Source of the DNA: a virus
Taxonomy: Duplodnaviria > Caudoviricetes
Reading direction: 5' to 3' (one strand)
IMG/VR virus record: IMGVR_UViG_3300023174_000037
DNA length: 64,000 bases
Notes under the pieces: generated by a model
What the model was told of the DNA's origin: nothing
Database searches by the model: none
The model's input: only the letters and a program-made list of their open reading frames with translations
Program-made: the position numbers and the translations under genes
In this document: positions 1-8,543 of the stretch, in pieces
Layout of the letters: the number at the start of each line of letters is the position of its first letter
How positions within the stretch are numbered: position 1 is the first letter of the stretch

Positions 1-813
1 TGGCTTGGTCGCTGTAGTTGTTGCTGGAGCGGCTACAGATGTTGTCTTTGGATTGGCCGCGTGGAATTGACCAGTTGGCATTTGTGTTATGGTTCCACCG
101 GTGCTTGATTTAGACTTGTTGGCACCGCTCAACTGTTGAGCCATTTGTCCAAATGCATTTTGACCAGGTGCAACTGCACCTTGGGCACGAGCTGTGCGTT
201 TACGTATGGCATTAGGAGTTTGACTGACTACGCCAGGTTGTTTTCCACCAGTGCGTGGTTTTGCTACCGCTGGTGTTGTATTAACAGGTGCTGGTGTTGT
301 TGGGTTTGCCGCTACTGTTGGTGGTGCAGTAGTTGGTTGTGGTGATCCTGTAGCGGCCATAGGATTTGGAACACCAGCTGGTGCGTTGGTTTTTACATTC
401 TTGTATGCAGGACCGTAACCGGGTTTTGTTGCTTGTGGCGTTACCGGAGTTGTTGGGGTGGCAACTGGCGCTGTTGCAGGTTTAGTAGTTGCTGACGGTT
501 GTGCCTGTGCTACTGGTGTTTGTGACGACGGTCTAGGTTGACGTGACCATTCGCTGGCTAAATTTTTTGCCCAGGCTGTCAAGTCCGTTGTGGTCGATGC
601 AGCTTTTTCAGACTGACGCGGGCCTACCAGACTGGTATAGTATTTGTCTCTGGCATTGTTGTATGCACCTGTGCTGGTCAACGAGCCAGGTTCCTTCATA
701 AGGTATTTGGCTTTTTCAATCGGTGCTTTGACAGCATTTTTAAGATCCGACCCTACGGTTTTGAGCATGGTGCCCAGACCTTCTTGTATCAGTGTTATTT
801 CATGAATTTGCAT
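1..813 (-). CDS. Pro/Thr/Ala-rich low-complexity protein, 3' end truncated by window edge (missed by the ORF track)
   Basis: ATG at 813 (MQIHEITLIQEGLGTMLKTVGSDLKNAV...), translated by hand and open to position 1; overlaps the stop of 800..1048. Confidence 0.8.
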   Translation of the reverse strand, partial: MQIHEITLIQEGLGTMLKTVGSDLKNAVKAPIEKAKYLMKEPGSLTSTGAYNNARDKYYTSLVGPRQSEKAASTTTDLTAWAKNLASEWSRQPRPSSQTPVAQAQPSATTKPATAPVATPTTPVTPQATKPGYGPAYKNVKTNAPAGVPNPMAATGSPQPTTAPPTVAANPTTPAPVNTTPAVAKPRTGGKQPGVVSQTPNAIRKRTARAQGAVAPGQNAFGQMAQQLSGANKSKSSTGGTITQMPTGQFHAANPKTTSVAAPATTTATKP

Positions 814-1048
814 CAGTGCGTCTCACAGTGCGGGTAAATTTCCCTGGATCACGCTGGTTGATAGCATTGATCAATTTACGCTGTAAGTTTTGAGCATCTT
901 CAGCCGTATAACTAGCGTCGATCTGCTCTAACAAGCGTATAGCACTGGCGATCACATTAGATGCGCGGTTTTCAATCACATGGCGCTGATCGCGCTCGAT
1001 ATACATTGAGTCTAATTCTTCTAATAAACTGCGAGTTTTCTTTTGCAT
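800..1048 (-). CDS. Hypothetical helical protein, late-expressed
   Basis: 82 aa ORF with AAGG RBS and TAAATA at 1070-1075 upstream. Confidence 0.7.
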   Translation of the reverse strand: MQKKTRSLLEELDSMYIERDQRHVIENRASNVIASAIRLLEQIDASYTAEDAQNLQRKLINAINQRDPGKFTRTVRRTDANS

Positions 1049-1072
1049 TTTGGGCCAGGACCTTTTTAATAT

Positions 1073-2200
1073 TTACCAGAATTTAGAATAAAGGTCTACT
1101 AATTCTGGAAATACTTTTTCAAAAGATTCGTTTCTTAAGGCATCAAATTTCTTTATTTCTGCCAGCATAGCTTGTATTGCAACAGGATTTTCTTTCCAAT
1201 TTGTCGGTATCAGTTCATGCTGATCAGTTTGTTTAATTAATTTTACATATTCTGCCGACATGTTTTGTAGACTAAAATCTCCAAAAGCCAAGTGTTTAGT
1301 GTGGTTAACAATGTCTCCTTCTCTATTTGTTGTAAAATTTGATTCAATCCATGTTTTAAGTTCGGTTGAGTATAATAGATTAAAAATGTTGACTGTTTCT
1401 TCTATAACAAACATTACATTTCCGGGTAAAGTTTTTCGTAAATTTAATACATTATCGACCACCTGATCCCATTTTGCTGGCCACCGTTGATATTCAAATC
1501 TATCACCTACTCCATCTAAACTTATATGTAACTTCACTAGGTGAAATTTTTCAATAATATCAAAGTTTTTAGGAAGTATTGGTTGAGTTCCATTGGTTTG
1601 AAAACACAGGGTTAATTGTTGTTTGGCATTAGGAACATTATTGCCTAGCCATTCTGCTACATCCCAATATTCTTGACCCAGTAATGTTTCGCCGCCACAA
1701 AATACCAATTGCCGTAAATTAGAAAGATCAAGTTTGGATAAAGATTCAATAACTTTGTGTTTTTTTCGTGGCGTTGTTACGGGTTGATCCCATAATCCAT
1801 GTTCTTTAAGATGTCGTTGCCAATAGGTGCTGTTATGAGTTCCGCAAATTCTACAGGCCAAATTACAACTAATATCAAACATGAGATCAATGCGTGACGG
1901 TCCTGTTGTATCATATTGTCCAAAAATATTTAGGCCTTCATTCATTCCAGTTCTAAAACTGACCTCATTTGAGGATTCTAATCTTTCACAATTTGAACAA
2001 CCAGAGTCCCATATATTTTTTTTATTGGTTTCTCTAAGTGTTTGTAATTTTTTATTCCGCCAAAAATTATGATCAATTTCCACAGGAAAAACATCATTAC
2101 GCAAACAACAATGTCTTATTATAGCTTGATTGTCAACATTGGTTGCCTTGAAATCAATATTCAACCCGCCATGTATCATTGAACAATAAAGATTGGTCAT
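1073..2200 (-). CDS. Radical SAM protein with N-terminal SPASM/Twitch-like Cys cluster
   Basis: CNLACRIC (CxxxCxxC), GGE motif, N-terminal YC...CC...CSNC; ATGA overlap with the helicase stop. Confidence 0.85.
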   Translation of the reverse strand: MTNLYCSMIHGGLNIDFKATNVDNQAIIRHCCLRNDVFPVEIDHNFWRNKKLQTLRETNKKNIWDSGCSNCERLESSNEVSFRTGMNEGLNIFGQYDTTGPSRIDLMFDISCNLACRICGTHNSTYWQRHLKEHGLWDQPVTTPRKKHKVIESLSKLDLSNLRQLVFCGGETLLGQEYWDVAEWLGNNVPNAKQQLTLCFQTNGTQPILPKNFDIIEKFHLVKLHISLDGVGDRFEYQRWPAKWDQVVDNVLNLRKTLPGNVMFVIEETVNIFNLLYSTELKTWIESNFTTNREGDIVNHTKHLAFGDFSLQNMSAEYVKLIKQTDQHELIPTNWKENPVAIQAMLAEIKKFDALRNESFEKVFPELVDLYSKFW

Positions 2201-3600
2201 GATTGTTTAATTTGTCCCAGTAGCTGTTTTAGTTTGGCACTTTGCACATCAGCAGTGACTTTGCTGATTTCTCCGGTATCAGCATCAACCGTTTCTTTAC
2301 TGACCATTGTGCTTTTTGCTTTGATGCTGTCAAGTAAATTACCCTTGGCAAAAGAATTAACTGGGCCAGCATCTTCGCCTGGGTCGGTGATACGCATGGT
2401 TTCAATGTTGTAGTCCAAATCAATCTTCATGCCTACACCCGTACTACTACGACTCTTCATACATTGAATTTGATACTTGCCACGTTCTTTCATGGCACGG
2501 CTGGTAAAGATACCAAACACGTTGTCAGCCGTATTAATTTTAGAGATACCACCTGAAATATGACTGTGATCAAATTCAATTTCTTCCACAGCCGATCGAT
2601 TCAACTGCGAAGCGGTTACAAACAACACATTGAGTTCTTTGGCCAAGTTACGCAATTCCTCTGAAACATACTTGTCCTTAACAAACAAATCGTTTGGGCT
2701 AACTTTGGCGCTAACCGGCATCAACAAGTCCAAGTAATCACACATGACAAAATCTATCTTGATACCTGTTTGCACTTGCACTTCTTTGATGTAACTACGG
2801 ATATCGTTGATGTTGCTTTGTGCTGGCAGGGCCTTGATACGATACTGTCCAGTTTTCTTTGAAACCAACTTAACTTTGAGTGTTGCTTGGTCAATGTCCT
2901 TGCGGATCTCCTTGGTGCTCATTCCGGCCAGCATGGCATCAGTTCTTAGGGCACACAGTTCTTCACTAAGTTCTAAACTGATATACACACCACTGAGTCC
3001 AGCCTGTAGCCAACTCAATGCTATGTTCATCATAACAAGACTTTTACCCGAACCAGATCCGCCGGCAAAGATATTGAGTTCTCCACGACTGAATCCACCA
3101 TACAAGATCTTGTCCATCTGTGGCCAACCTGTGCTTACTTGTCCGCCCGAGTTGAAGTATTTGTTAATGCGAGCACTAGGATCACTAAAGTAATCCGTAC
3201 CCATGTCTTTAGTAAGTGATATTTGTACCGCATCTTTGATTAATTTCTCTACAGGGTCATACTCGCCTTTTTCTAACAGGTCTGCACTCTTTAGAATTGC
3301 TCGTTCTAATTCTTGCCTACGAGTAAAGCCTTCAAACTCATCCATGAACCACTCAAAGTGTCCTTCGTTTAAGTCTGGAATGACATTGAGTTTAACGCCG
3401 GTGCTGGCACTGATCTGTTCTACAGTAGGCAGTGTCTTGTGTTGGTCGCTATGTTCAGCAATAAACTTGGCTGCGGGCCTCAAACTTCTATCAAAGTTTT
3501 CTGGGTTGTAAATGTTTTGAACGCGAACATAACTTTCTGCGTCTTGCAACATCATTTCTAAGAATAAGCGTTGGACATCAAGTCCGTAATCTTTTAACAA
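2197..3600 (-). CDS. gp41: DnaB-family replicative helicase (T4 gp41-like)
   Basis: Walker A GGSGSGKS, SLEL, DYLDLL, TASQLNR, HISGGISKINTAD, MKSRS motifs. Confidence 0.95.
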   Translation of the reverse strand: MLKDYGLDVQRLFLEMMLQDAESYVRVQNIYNPENFDRSLRPAAKFIAEHSDQHKTLPTVEQISASTGVKLNVIPDLNEGHFEWFMDEFEGFTRRQELERAILKSADLLEKGEYDPVEKLIKDAVQISLTKDMGTDYFSDPSARINKYFNSGGQVSTGWPQMDKILYGGFSRGELNIFAGGSGSGKSLVMMNIALSWLQAGLSGVYISLELSEELCALRTDAMLAGMSTKEIRKDIDQATLKVKLVSKKTGQYRIKALPAQSNINDIRSYIKEVQVQTGIKIDFVMCDYLDLLMPVSAKVSPNDLFVKDKYVSEELRNLAKELNVLFVTASQLNRSAVEEIEFDHSHISGGISKINTADNVFGIFTSRAMKERGKYQIQCMKSRSSTGVGMKIDLDYNIETMRITDPGEDAGPVNSFAKGNLLDSIKAKSTMVSKETVDADTGEISKVTADVQSAKLKQLLGQIKQS

Positions 3601-4540
3601 GTTGTTTTTTCCTTAGTTCTATTTTAATTTTACTGGTTTCCTTGGCCTGCATAATAGTTATCAATGCGGCCAATCTACCCAAACGAATTACAGCGTCATT
3701 TACATCCTTGACACCTTTTGGCCACTCGGGCATACTAACTGCCCAACCTAGTTCTACAGCACGATCTACCAGTTTCATTCCAGCTTCGTCTTGATCCGGA
3801 ACAACAATAACGTCACGTCCTAGACTGCGTATTAATCTCGCCTGTGCATCATTAATCTCTGCGTGTAACACAGCCAGTCCATTGATACTGAGTGCGTCAA
3901 ACACACCTTCTACTACAATTGCTGATTGCCAGTTGGACTTTTGCAAATCTGTACCAAACACATATCCTGGTTGTATGTCTTGAATATATCTAGGAGTACG
4001 ATCGTCAAAAAAACGTGTAGTGTGTCCGACCACTTGATTATTGTGTGTAAACGGAATTACAACACCGCGACGCGGCATTGTTTTATACAAGAATGGATAG
4101 TCTAGTGGAACACATCTCTTTTGTAAATATTCTTTAGCAAGTTCATTCAATGGTTGTGTGTCGGCTGGTAAGTCTCGATCTTCAAATTCAATTGACTGCA
4201 ATTTTTGTATTATGTCTTGACGCTCGCCGAGCAAGCCTTCGATGCTCTTATGTTTTAAACTTTCAAGATTGATACGCTCAATTTCTTCTTGTGGCACATT
4301 CATCCACTCTAATAGTCGACGAGCTTTGAATGTTAGATTACGTCCCAATACAAAACTGGCAGTATATCCACAATTAAAACAGTGATAACTCCAAGAACCA
4401 TCTGCTGTGGGTTTGATCCCACCACGCGATCTTTTGTCCTGTGTGTCACCGCGATGAATGCAACAGGGTGCGTTGAAACTTATCCAACCCGAAGCTGTTT
4501 GTTTTCTTTTAATCGGAAGAAAAGAAATCACATCAATCAT
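3578..4540 (-). CDS. gp61: DNA primase (T4 gp61/DnaG-like)
   Basis: N-terminal Zn finger (PCC...HCFNCG), TOPRIM motifs VEGVFDAL and PDQDEAG; adjacent to helicase. Confidence 0.85.
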   Translation of the reverse strand: MIDVISFLPIKRKQTASGWISFNAPCCIHRGDTQDKRSRGGIKPTADGSWSYHCFNCGYTASFVLGRNLTFKARRLLEWMNVPQEEIERINLESLKHKSIEGLLGERQDIIQKLQSIEFEDRDLPADTQPLNELAKEYLQKRCVPLDYPFLYKTMPRRGVVIPFTHNNQVVGHTTRFFDDRTPRYIQDIQPGYVFGTDLQKSNWQSAIVVEGVFDALSINGLAVLHAEINDAQARLIRSLGRDVIVVPDQDEAGMKLVDRAVELGWAVSMPEWPKGVKDVNDAVIRLGRLAALITIMQAKETSKIKIELRKKQLVKRLRT

Positions 4541-4546
4541 GCTACA

Positions 4547-4575
4547 ATTATAGCAGATTTATTTACACACCGCAA
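4547..4575 (-). promoter_or_regulatory. sigma70-type promoter of primase (leaderless)
   Basis: TTGCGG-17nt-TATAAT, ATG 6 nt downstream of -10. Confidence 0.6.
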
Positions 4576-4587
4576 GAGAGTTTGGTG

Positions 4588-5733
4588 TTATCTATAAAGA
4601 AGGTCAACTACGTAGCCTGTGCTGATTATGACTGCAGCACCAGTTTGATTAGGATTATTTGGATAGATACCTGCACCCATGCCTGCGTTGGGCAAATACC
4701 AATAACCCGAACCACCGTTGGTTACTTCAACTCCGGTAACTATGCCGTCCGACACCGTGGCCACTGCTGTGGCACCGGCACCGTCGCCAATGAAGTTAAT
4801 GTGTGGCGGTGCCAAATACCCACTACCGCCATTGGTAATAGTAACACTGGTCACTACACCATTTTCGGTGGTTGCATAACCAATAGCCGGAGTTCCAGGC
4901 TGTGTTGGCACAGCAAATATACTGTTGTTAAAACATAAACGCAGTATTGGATGCCAGCCCACAATGTTCATATAGATAGTACGAGTTTCATTGTAGTAGG
5001 TAGTTGATTCGGTTACATTATAAAAAATACTCTCATAGTTTGCTGCGGCCTGAGCTTTGATTGTGCCGGTATATCCTACCAAGGTCATTTGTATGGTGGT
5101 AACGGCATTGGTAGGCTCAATAAAACTGCTGTAAAATTCTGTGTTGGCAAAACTATTCCAGTAGTTGCCACCATTGGGATTGCCCATCCAATAAGTGCCC
5201 GGACTATAACTGCCCCAGGCTGTGCCATCTAAACTGGCTTGAGCACTTAATTTAGTTGTAGGAATTGTTAACGGAGCACTGGGCACATGTTGTGGCAATA
5301 TGCTGTCTACAATAGTAGCCGGGGCTCGTGCGCCTGCTTGTGCATTGGTAAACACAGCTTCTGTCAAATTGCCACTGACACGTTGGATGCTGTAACTGGC
5401 CGGCTGTGCCAATACTTCCAATAGATCTGCACTGGTCAATGTAACTTTTGCACGACCTGTAGCAGCATTGAGCACGACCATTGGTTTCTCAATCAAGATC
5501 CGATCACCGTCGGTGCTGATAGCACGAAACAGGAAGCTACTTCCTGTGATGTTGACAGGTTTTTCCTGCTGGTTGATGAACTCAAACAACAGCACATTGT
5601 CAACGCCTTTGTTTATGGTTAGTTGTTTTGCATACACGGGATCGTACCTATAGATAAAAGTTTCGCCTGCACCTGTATCCATGAGTAACACTCGAGTAAT
5701 TTGCTGATAGATATAGGCTTGGGTGGAATACAT
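4588..5733 (-). CDS. Virion structural protein (BppU-like N-terminal domain, C-terminal VTxVTITNGGSGY repeats)
   Basis: LFEFINQQEKPVNITG...GRAKVTLT resembles baseplate upper-protein domains; two NGGSGY repeats typical of myophage tail/baseplate proteins; TAAATA at 5740-5745. Confidence 0.6.
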   Translation of the reverse strand: MYSTQAYIYQQITRVLLMDTGAGETFIYRYDPVYAKQLTINKGVDNVLLFEFINQQEKPVNITGSSFLFRAISTDGDRILIEKPMVVLNAATGRAKVTLTSADLLEVLAQPASYSIQRVSGNLTEAVFTNAQAGARAPATIVDSILPQHVPSAPLTIPTTKLSAQASLDGTAWGSYSPGTYWMGNPNGGNYWNSFANTEFYSSFIEPTNAVTTIQMTLVGYTGTIKAQAAANYESIFYNVTESTTYYNETRTIYMNIVGWHPILRLCFNNSIFAVPTQPGTPAIGYATTENGVVTSVTITNGGSGYLAPPHINFIGDGAGATAVATVSDGIVTGVEVTNGGSGYWYLPNAGMGAGIYPNNPNQTGAAVIISTGYVVDLLYR

Positions 5734-5793
5734 ACAATATATTTAGCTCCTTTGCTAGACCTGGGCAAAATGGTCTGGTAAATATCCGTAGAC

Positions 5794-6171
5794 ATGACAA
5801 ACGATTTCTTTGAAAAATTAGCTGAAAAATACCCATTTATCACCTTGTGTGTCTATGCCTCAACGGAATATGTAGGCATTATACAAAATCAAGATGACGC
5901 AATAACCACTATCTATGATTTTGGTGCTATAGCAAATGCGGATCTAAAACGTCATTTTTTAGAGTTGGCCAATATTTGGTGGTGGGAAAGTAATCGTAGT
6001 GTTCCAATCAACATATTTCTCAAAGGCGAATGGGATCTCTTTAGACCCTACCTTAAAACTTTCACCAACAAAGATCTAGAAATATTGCATGGCCCAGTTT
6101 GCAGTCTAAGTGAAATGAGCCGCAAAAAATCTAAACGCAAATCAATTACTCTTGTCAGGCGTGTCGAGTAA
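5794..6171 (+). CDS. Hypothetical protein
   Basis: 125 aa ORF with its own TAAATA (5779-5784), divergent from 4588..5733. Confidence 0.7.
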   Translation: MTNDFFEKLAEKYPFITLCVYASTEYVGIIQNQDDAITTIYDFGAIANADLKRHFLELANIWWWESNRSVPINIFLKGEWDLFRPYLKTFTNKDLEILHGPVCSLSEMSRKKSKRKSITLVRRVE

Positions 6172-6720
6172 ATTCATATGTAAGGCCACTAAAGCTGCAT
6201 AGCCAATTGCATGTGCGTGTTTGAACACAAATCCCTTAGAGTCGTTGCCGTCCCACACAGAATCAAACACTTCAGTCCAAGGCCGATTTTGTAAATGTGC
6301 TTTTCCTGGACGAATAATACTGATAAATGCAGCCATTCTTGGGATTGAATCCGGACGCATTGACTTTAGTAAATCTATATAGTTTCCTACGTGAACAAGT
6401 TGTTGGGTCCATTCTGTATCAGTCCATAAACGTTCCCACGGTGGTTCTTTTGCTAACATTTTTTGATACTGTTCCGGACTTTTGATCAACTGATACACTG
6501 ACATGTTCAACAGATCAATTTTAAAATAACCCAACTGTTCAGCAGTTTCGTAGTCTATAGCGGCACAAGCATTAACAGGATCATACGGAATATCTGTAAC
6601 GTAAACACCCGAGTTGTGTCTACGCACTTGGCCCTGATGCAGCTGACGTGCTGGTGTGGCACGAATTAACCTTAATAGTTGATCTCTATCGGCTAGGTCA
6701 ATGTCAATGTCTGCGCTCAT
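6142..6720 (-). CDS. Minimal DNA polymerase III alpha (family C)-like catalytic-domain protein
   Basis: DIDID, HNSGVYV, KIDLL, IRPGK and FKHAHAIGYA match DnaE motifs PDIDxD, HAGGVVI, KxDxLG, RPGP, FNKSHSAAYA; start at 6720 (TAATG overlap). Confidence 0.75.
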   Translation of the reverse strand: MSADIDIDLADRDQLLRLIRATPARQLHQGQVRRHNSGVYVTDIPYDPVNACAAIDYETAEQLGYFKIDLLNMSVYQLIKSPEQYQKMLAKEPPWERLWTDTEWTQQLVHVGNYIDLLKSMRPDSIPRMAAFISIIRPGKAHLQNRPWTEVFDSVWDGNDSKGFVFKHAHAIGYAALVALHMNLLDTPDKSN

Positions 6721-7394
6721 TACCAACCTGCTTTTGTTAATATATCTCTAGCATACTCTTGATCTGCTGGATAATCTTGAAACTTCTTCATCCAAAAGTC
6801 TGCGTCAATGTATGGCCACACCATGGCTATTTGTGTGGCGTCTAGTTCACTCAAAAACTTCTGTCCAGATTCACTGTTGTAAATAATCCAAGGACTAATA
6901 CGGCCCGCAGTCACAGCATACACCATAGCGTTGGTGTTGCCATAGCGTAAACAATCCTCTGCTGGATGTCCTGACTTTTCTGCCCAATCAATACCAAACT
7001 CCATGGCGCGGGCCAGTGCATCATTTATATTTTCCACACGCAAGTAGTCAGTTAGATATTCTGTGTATACAGTATCCTTGCACCAATGGTCAATTTTTTT
7101 ATTTTGTTTCAATACCCATTCAGTAAAACGTGCTGGATTGATAGCTTTGACGCTGACACAATAACGACCAAACTTTACAAAAGCTCGATAGTAAGGACTT
7201 TCGCAAAAATCGTCATAGGTTTTTAGCTTTGCGCTGCCTTGTGTTAGTTCATAAAACTTGATGTATGAATGAAATCCAAGACGCACACCTGCTTCATCTC
7301 GTTCCATGCGGCGACGTCGCGGTTCACAACTATGCACCGCAAGACTGCTTTCCTTTATAAAATCCTTTTTACAATACTGACAGGTATACTTCAT
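6720..7394 (-). CDS. Zinc-finger protein, function unknown
   Basis: N-terminal CQYC...HSC; translationally coupled to neighbours. Confidence 0.6.
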   Translation of the reverse strand: MKYTCQYCKKDFIKESSLAVHSCEPRRRRMERDEAGVRLGFHSYIKFYELTQGSAKLKTYDDFCESPYYRAFVKFGRYCVSVKAINPARFTEWVLKQNKKIDHWCKDTVYTEYLTDYLRVENINDALARAMEFGIDWAEKSGHPAEDCLRYGNTNAMVYAVTAGRISPWIIYNSESGQKFLSELDATQIAMVWPYIDADFWMKKFQDYPADQEYARDILTKAGW

Positions 7395-7840
7395 TTCTTT
7401 GTTTCTTGCCCTGAAGCTTTTAAATATTCATCAATGTCTTTTTTAGTATTGATCTCGGCCATCAACTCCAGTTCATCATCCTTGAGATGCGGATACAGTT
7501 CGGCCAATTGTTTTCGTATGCTTCCGGCACCGGGTTCTTTTTTCTTAGGAGCAATCCACTGATGTCGCTGAGTGCCTAGTCCTGGGCTCACAGTTGTGGC
7601 ACACAGCCATTGTAGTTTTGGATGTCGATTGATATTGAAGAAATGTTTATTGAGTCGCTCATTTGTGGCAATCAAGTAAAACTCTTGCAGATCTCGACTG
7701 CCTTGCACACTTGACCCATATCGGATCATCAAGAAGTTGCTGAACTTTTTGCGTTCTTCTGGTGTTAGGCTGTTGTAAAACTCTCGATCCTTACGATCAA
7801 ATACAGCCATTTCATTGTTGATACTAAGTTTATCGCTCAT
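7391..7840 (-). CDS. Probable clamp-loader small subunit (T4 gp62-like)
   Basis: FSNFLMIRYGS, QWLCATTVSPG...QWIAPKK, KQLAELY resemble gp62 segments; size 149 aa. Confidence 0.5.
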   Translation of the reverse strand: MSDKLSINNEMAVFDRKDREFYNSLTPEERKKFSNFLMIRYGSSVQGSRDLQEFYLIATNERLNKHFFNINRHPKLQWLCATTVSPGLGTQRHQWIAPKKKEPGAGSIRKQLAELYPHLKDDELELMAEINTKKDIDEYLKASGQETKK

Positions 7841-8012
7841 TGGTTTTGATCAATTGATATATCATTATAACACGTTCCAGGGCTTCTTGTAAAGTGAGAT
7901 TGTTTTTGGCCATTCTGCGTATTTCTCTCCACATTTGATCTTCCATAATGTGATCGCGTAAAGGCCTGCCATCACTTGTTCGTGGATCTACATAATCCAT
8001 TGCTATTACCAC
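7830..8012 (-). CDS. Small hypothetical protein
   Basis: 60 aa, overlaps both neighbours in operon fashion. Confidence 0.6.
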   Translation of the reverse strand: MVIAMDYVDPRTSDGRPLRDHIMEDQMWREIRRMAKNNLTLQEALERVIMIYQLIKTNER

Positions 8013-8506
8013 GCCAAGTTATAGTTTACCACTTCACAGTTGCGACTGATATCTTTGACAAAATACACACACTCGGGTTCGGCGCCATCGCTGATCGGAA
8101 CACACAACATTTGACCATTTTTTAACTTAGGAGCATACCAACTTACTTCTTGATAGATGTCAATGATTTCAATGTCTGGAAAGCTGGGTCTGAAACTACT
8201 GAGTGGATTGAATTGAAATGCTTTGAATCCACGATCGTTTATACTGGTCAACGGCAACACTTCAAGGTCGCCAACGTCTGGCTCGCCTATTAGAATCTGC
8301 CAGTCCACTGGCATACGAATTCTGTGCGAACCTATGCGTAGGACCAACGCAGGTGCTGTGAAACTTTCCAAGAAGATTAACGGAATATAGTGATAGTCTG
8401 GGTCTTTAGGATCGCTATTATCAAAAATAGCAAAACGCATGTCATCTACTTCTTCTGGAAGATGGTCTAGATCAAATGGTTCATTGTCAAGTGTTAGTAT
8501 TCTCAT
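8006..8506 (-). CDS. Hypothetical protein, possibly a degenerate Hint-fold domain
   Basis: 166 aa beta-rich pattern; own promoter at 8513-8540. Confidence 0.6.
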   Translation of the reverse strand: MRILTLDNEPFDLDHLPEEVDDMRFAIFDNSDPKDPDYHYIPLIFLESFTAPALVLRIGSHRIRMPVDWQILIGEPDVGDLEVLPLTSINDRGFKAFQFNPLSSFRPSFPDIEIIDIYQEVSWYAPKLKNGQMLCVPISDGAEPECVYFVKDISRNCEVVNYNLAW

Positions 8507-8512
8507 AAGTGT

Positions 8513-8540
8513 ATTATAACATAGTTTACTACAAGTGCAA
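8513..8540 (-). promoter_or_regulatory. sigma70-type promoter (leaderless)
   Basis: TTGCAC-16nt-TATAAT with extended -10 TGn; ATG 6 nt downstream. Confidence 0.65.
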
Positions 8541-8543
8541 CCT

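Noticed and set aside
136-345. Cys/Trp-rich 69-aa plus-strand ORF
   Set aside because: Antisense to the Pro/Thr-rich ORF 1..813; composition explained by reverse-complement codons
6142-6720. DnaE pseudogene fragment
   Set aside because: Motifs from widely separated parts of DnaE are joined in one clean frame with coupled start and stop and no adjacent remnants, arguing for a functional minimal gene
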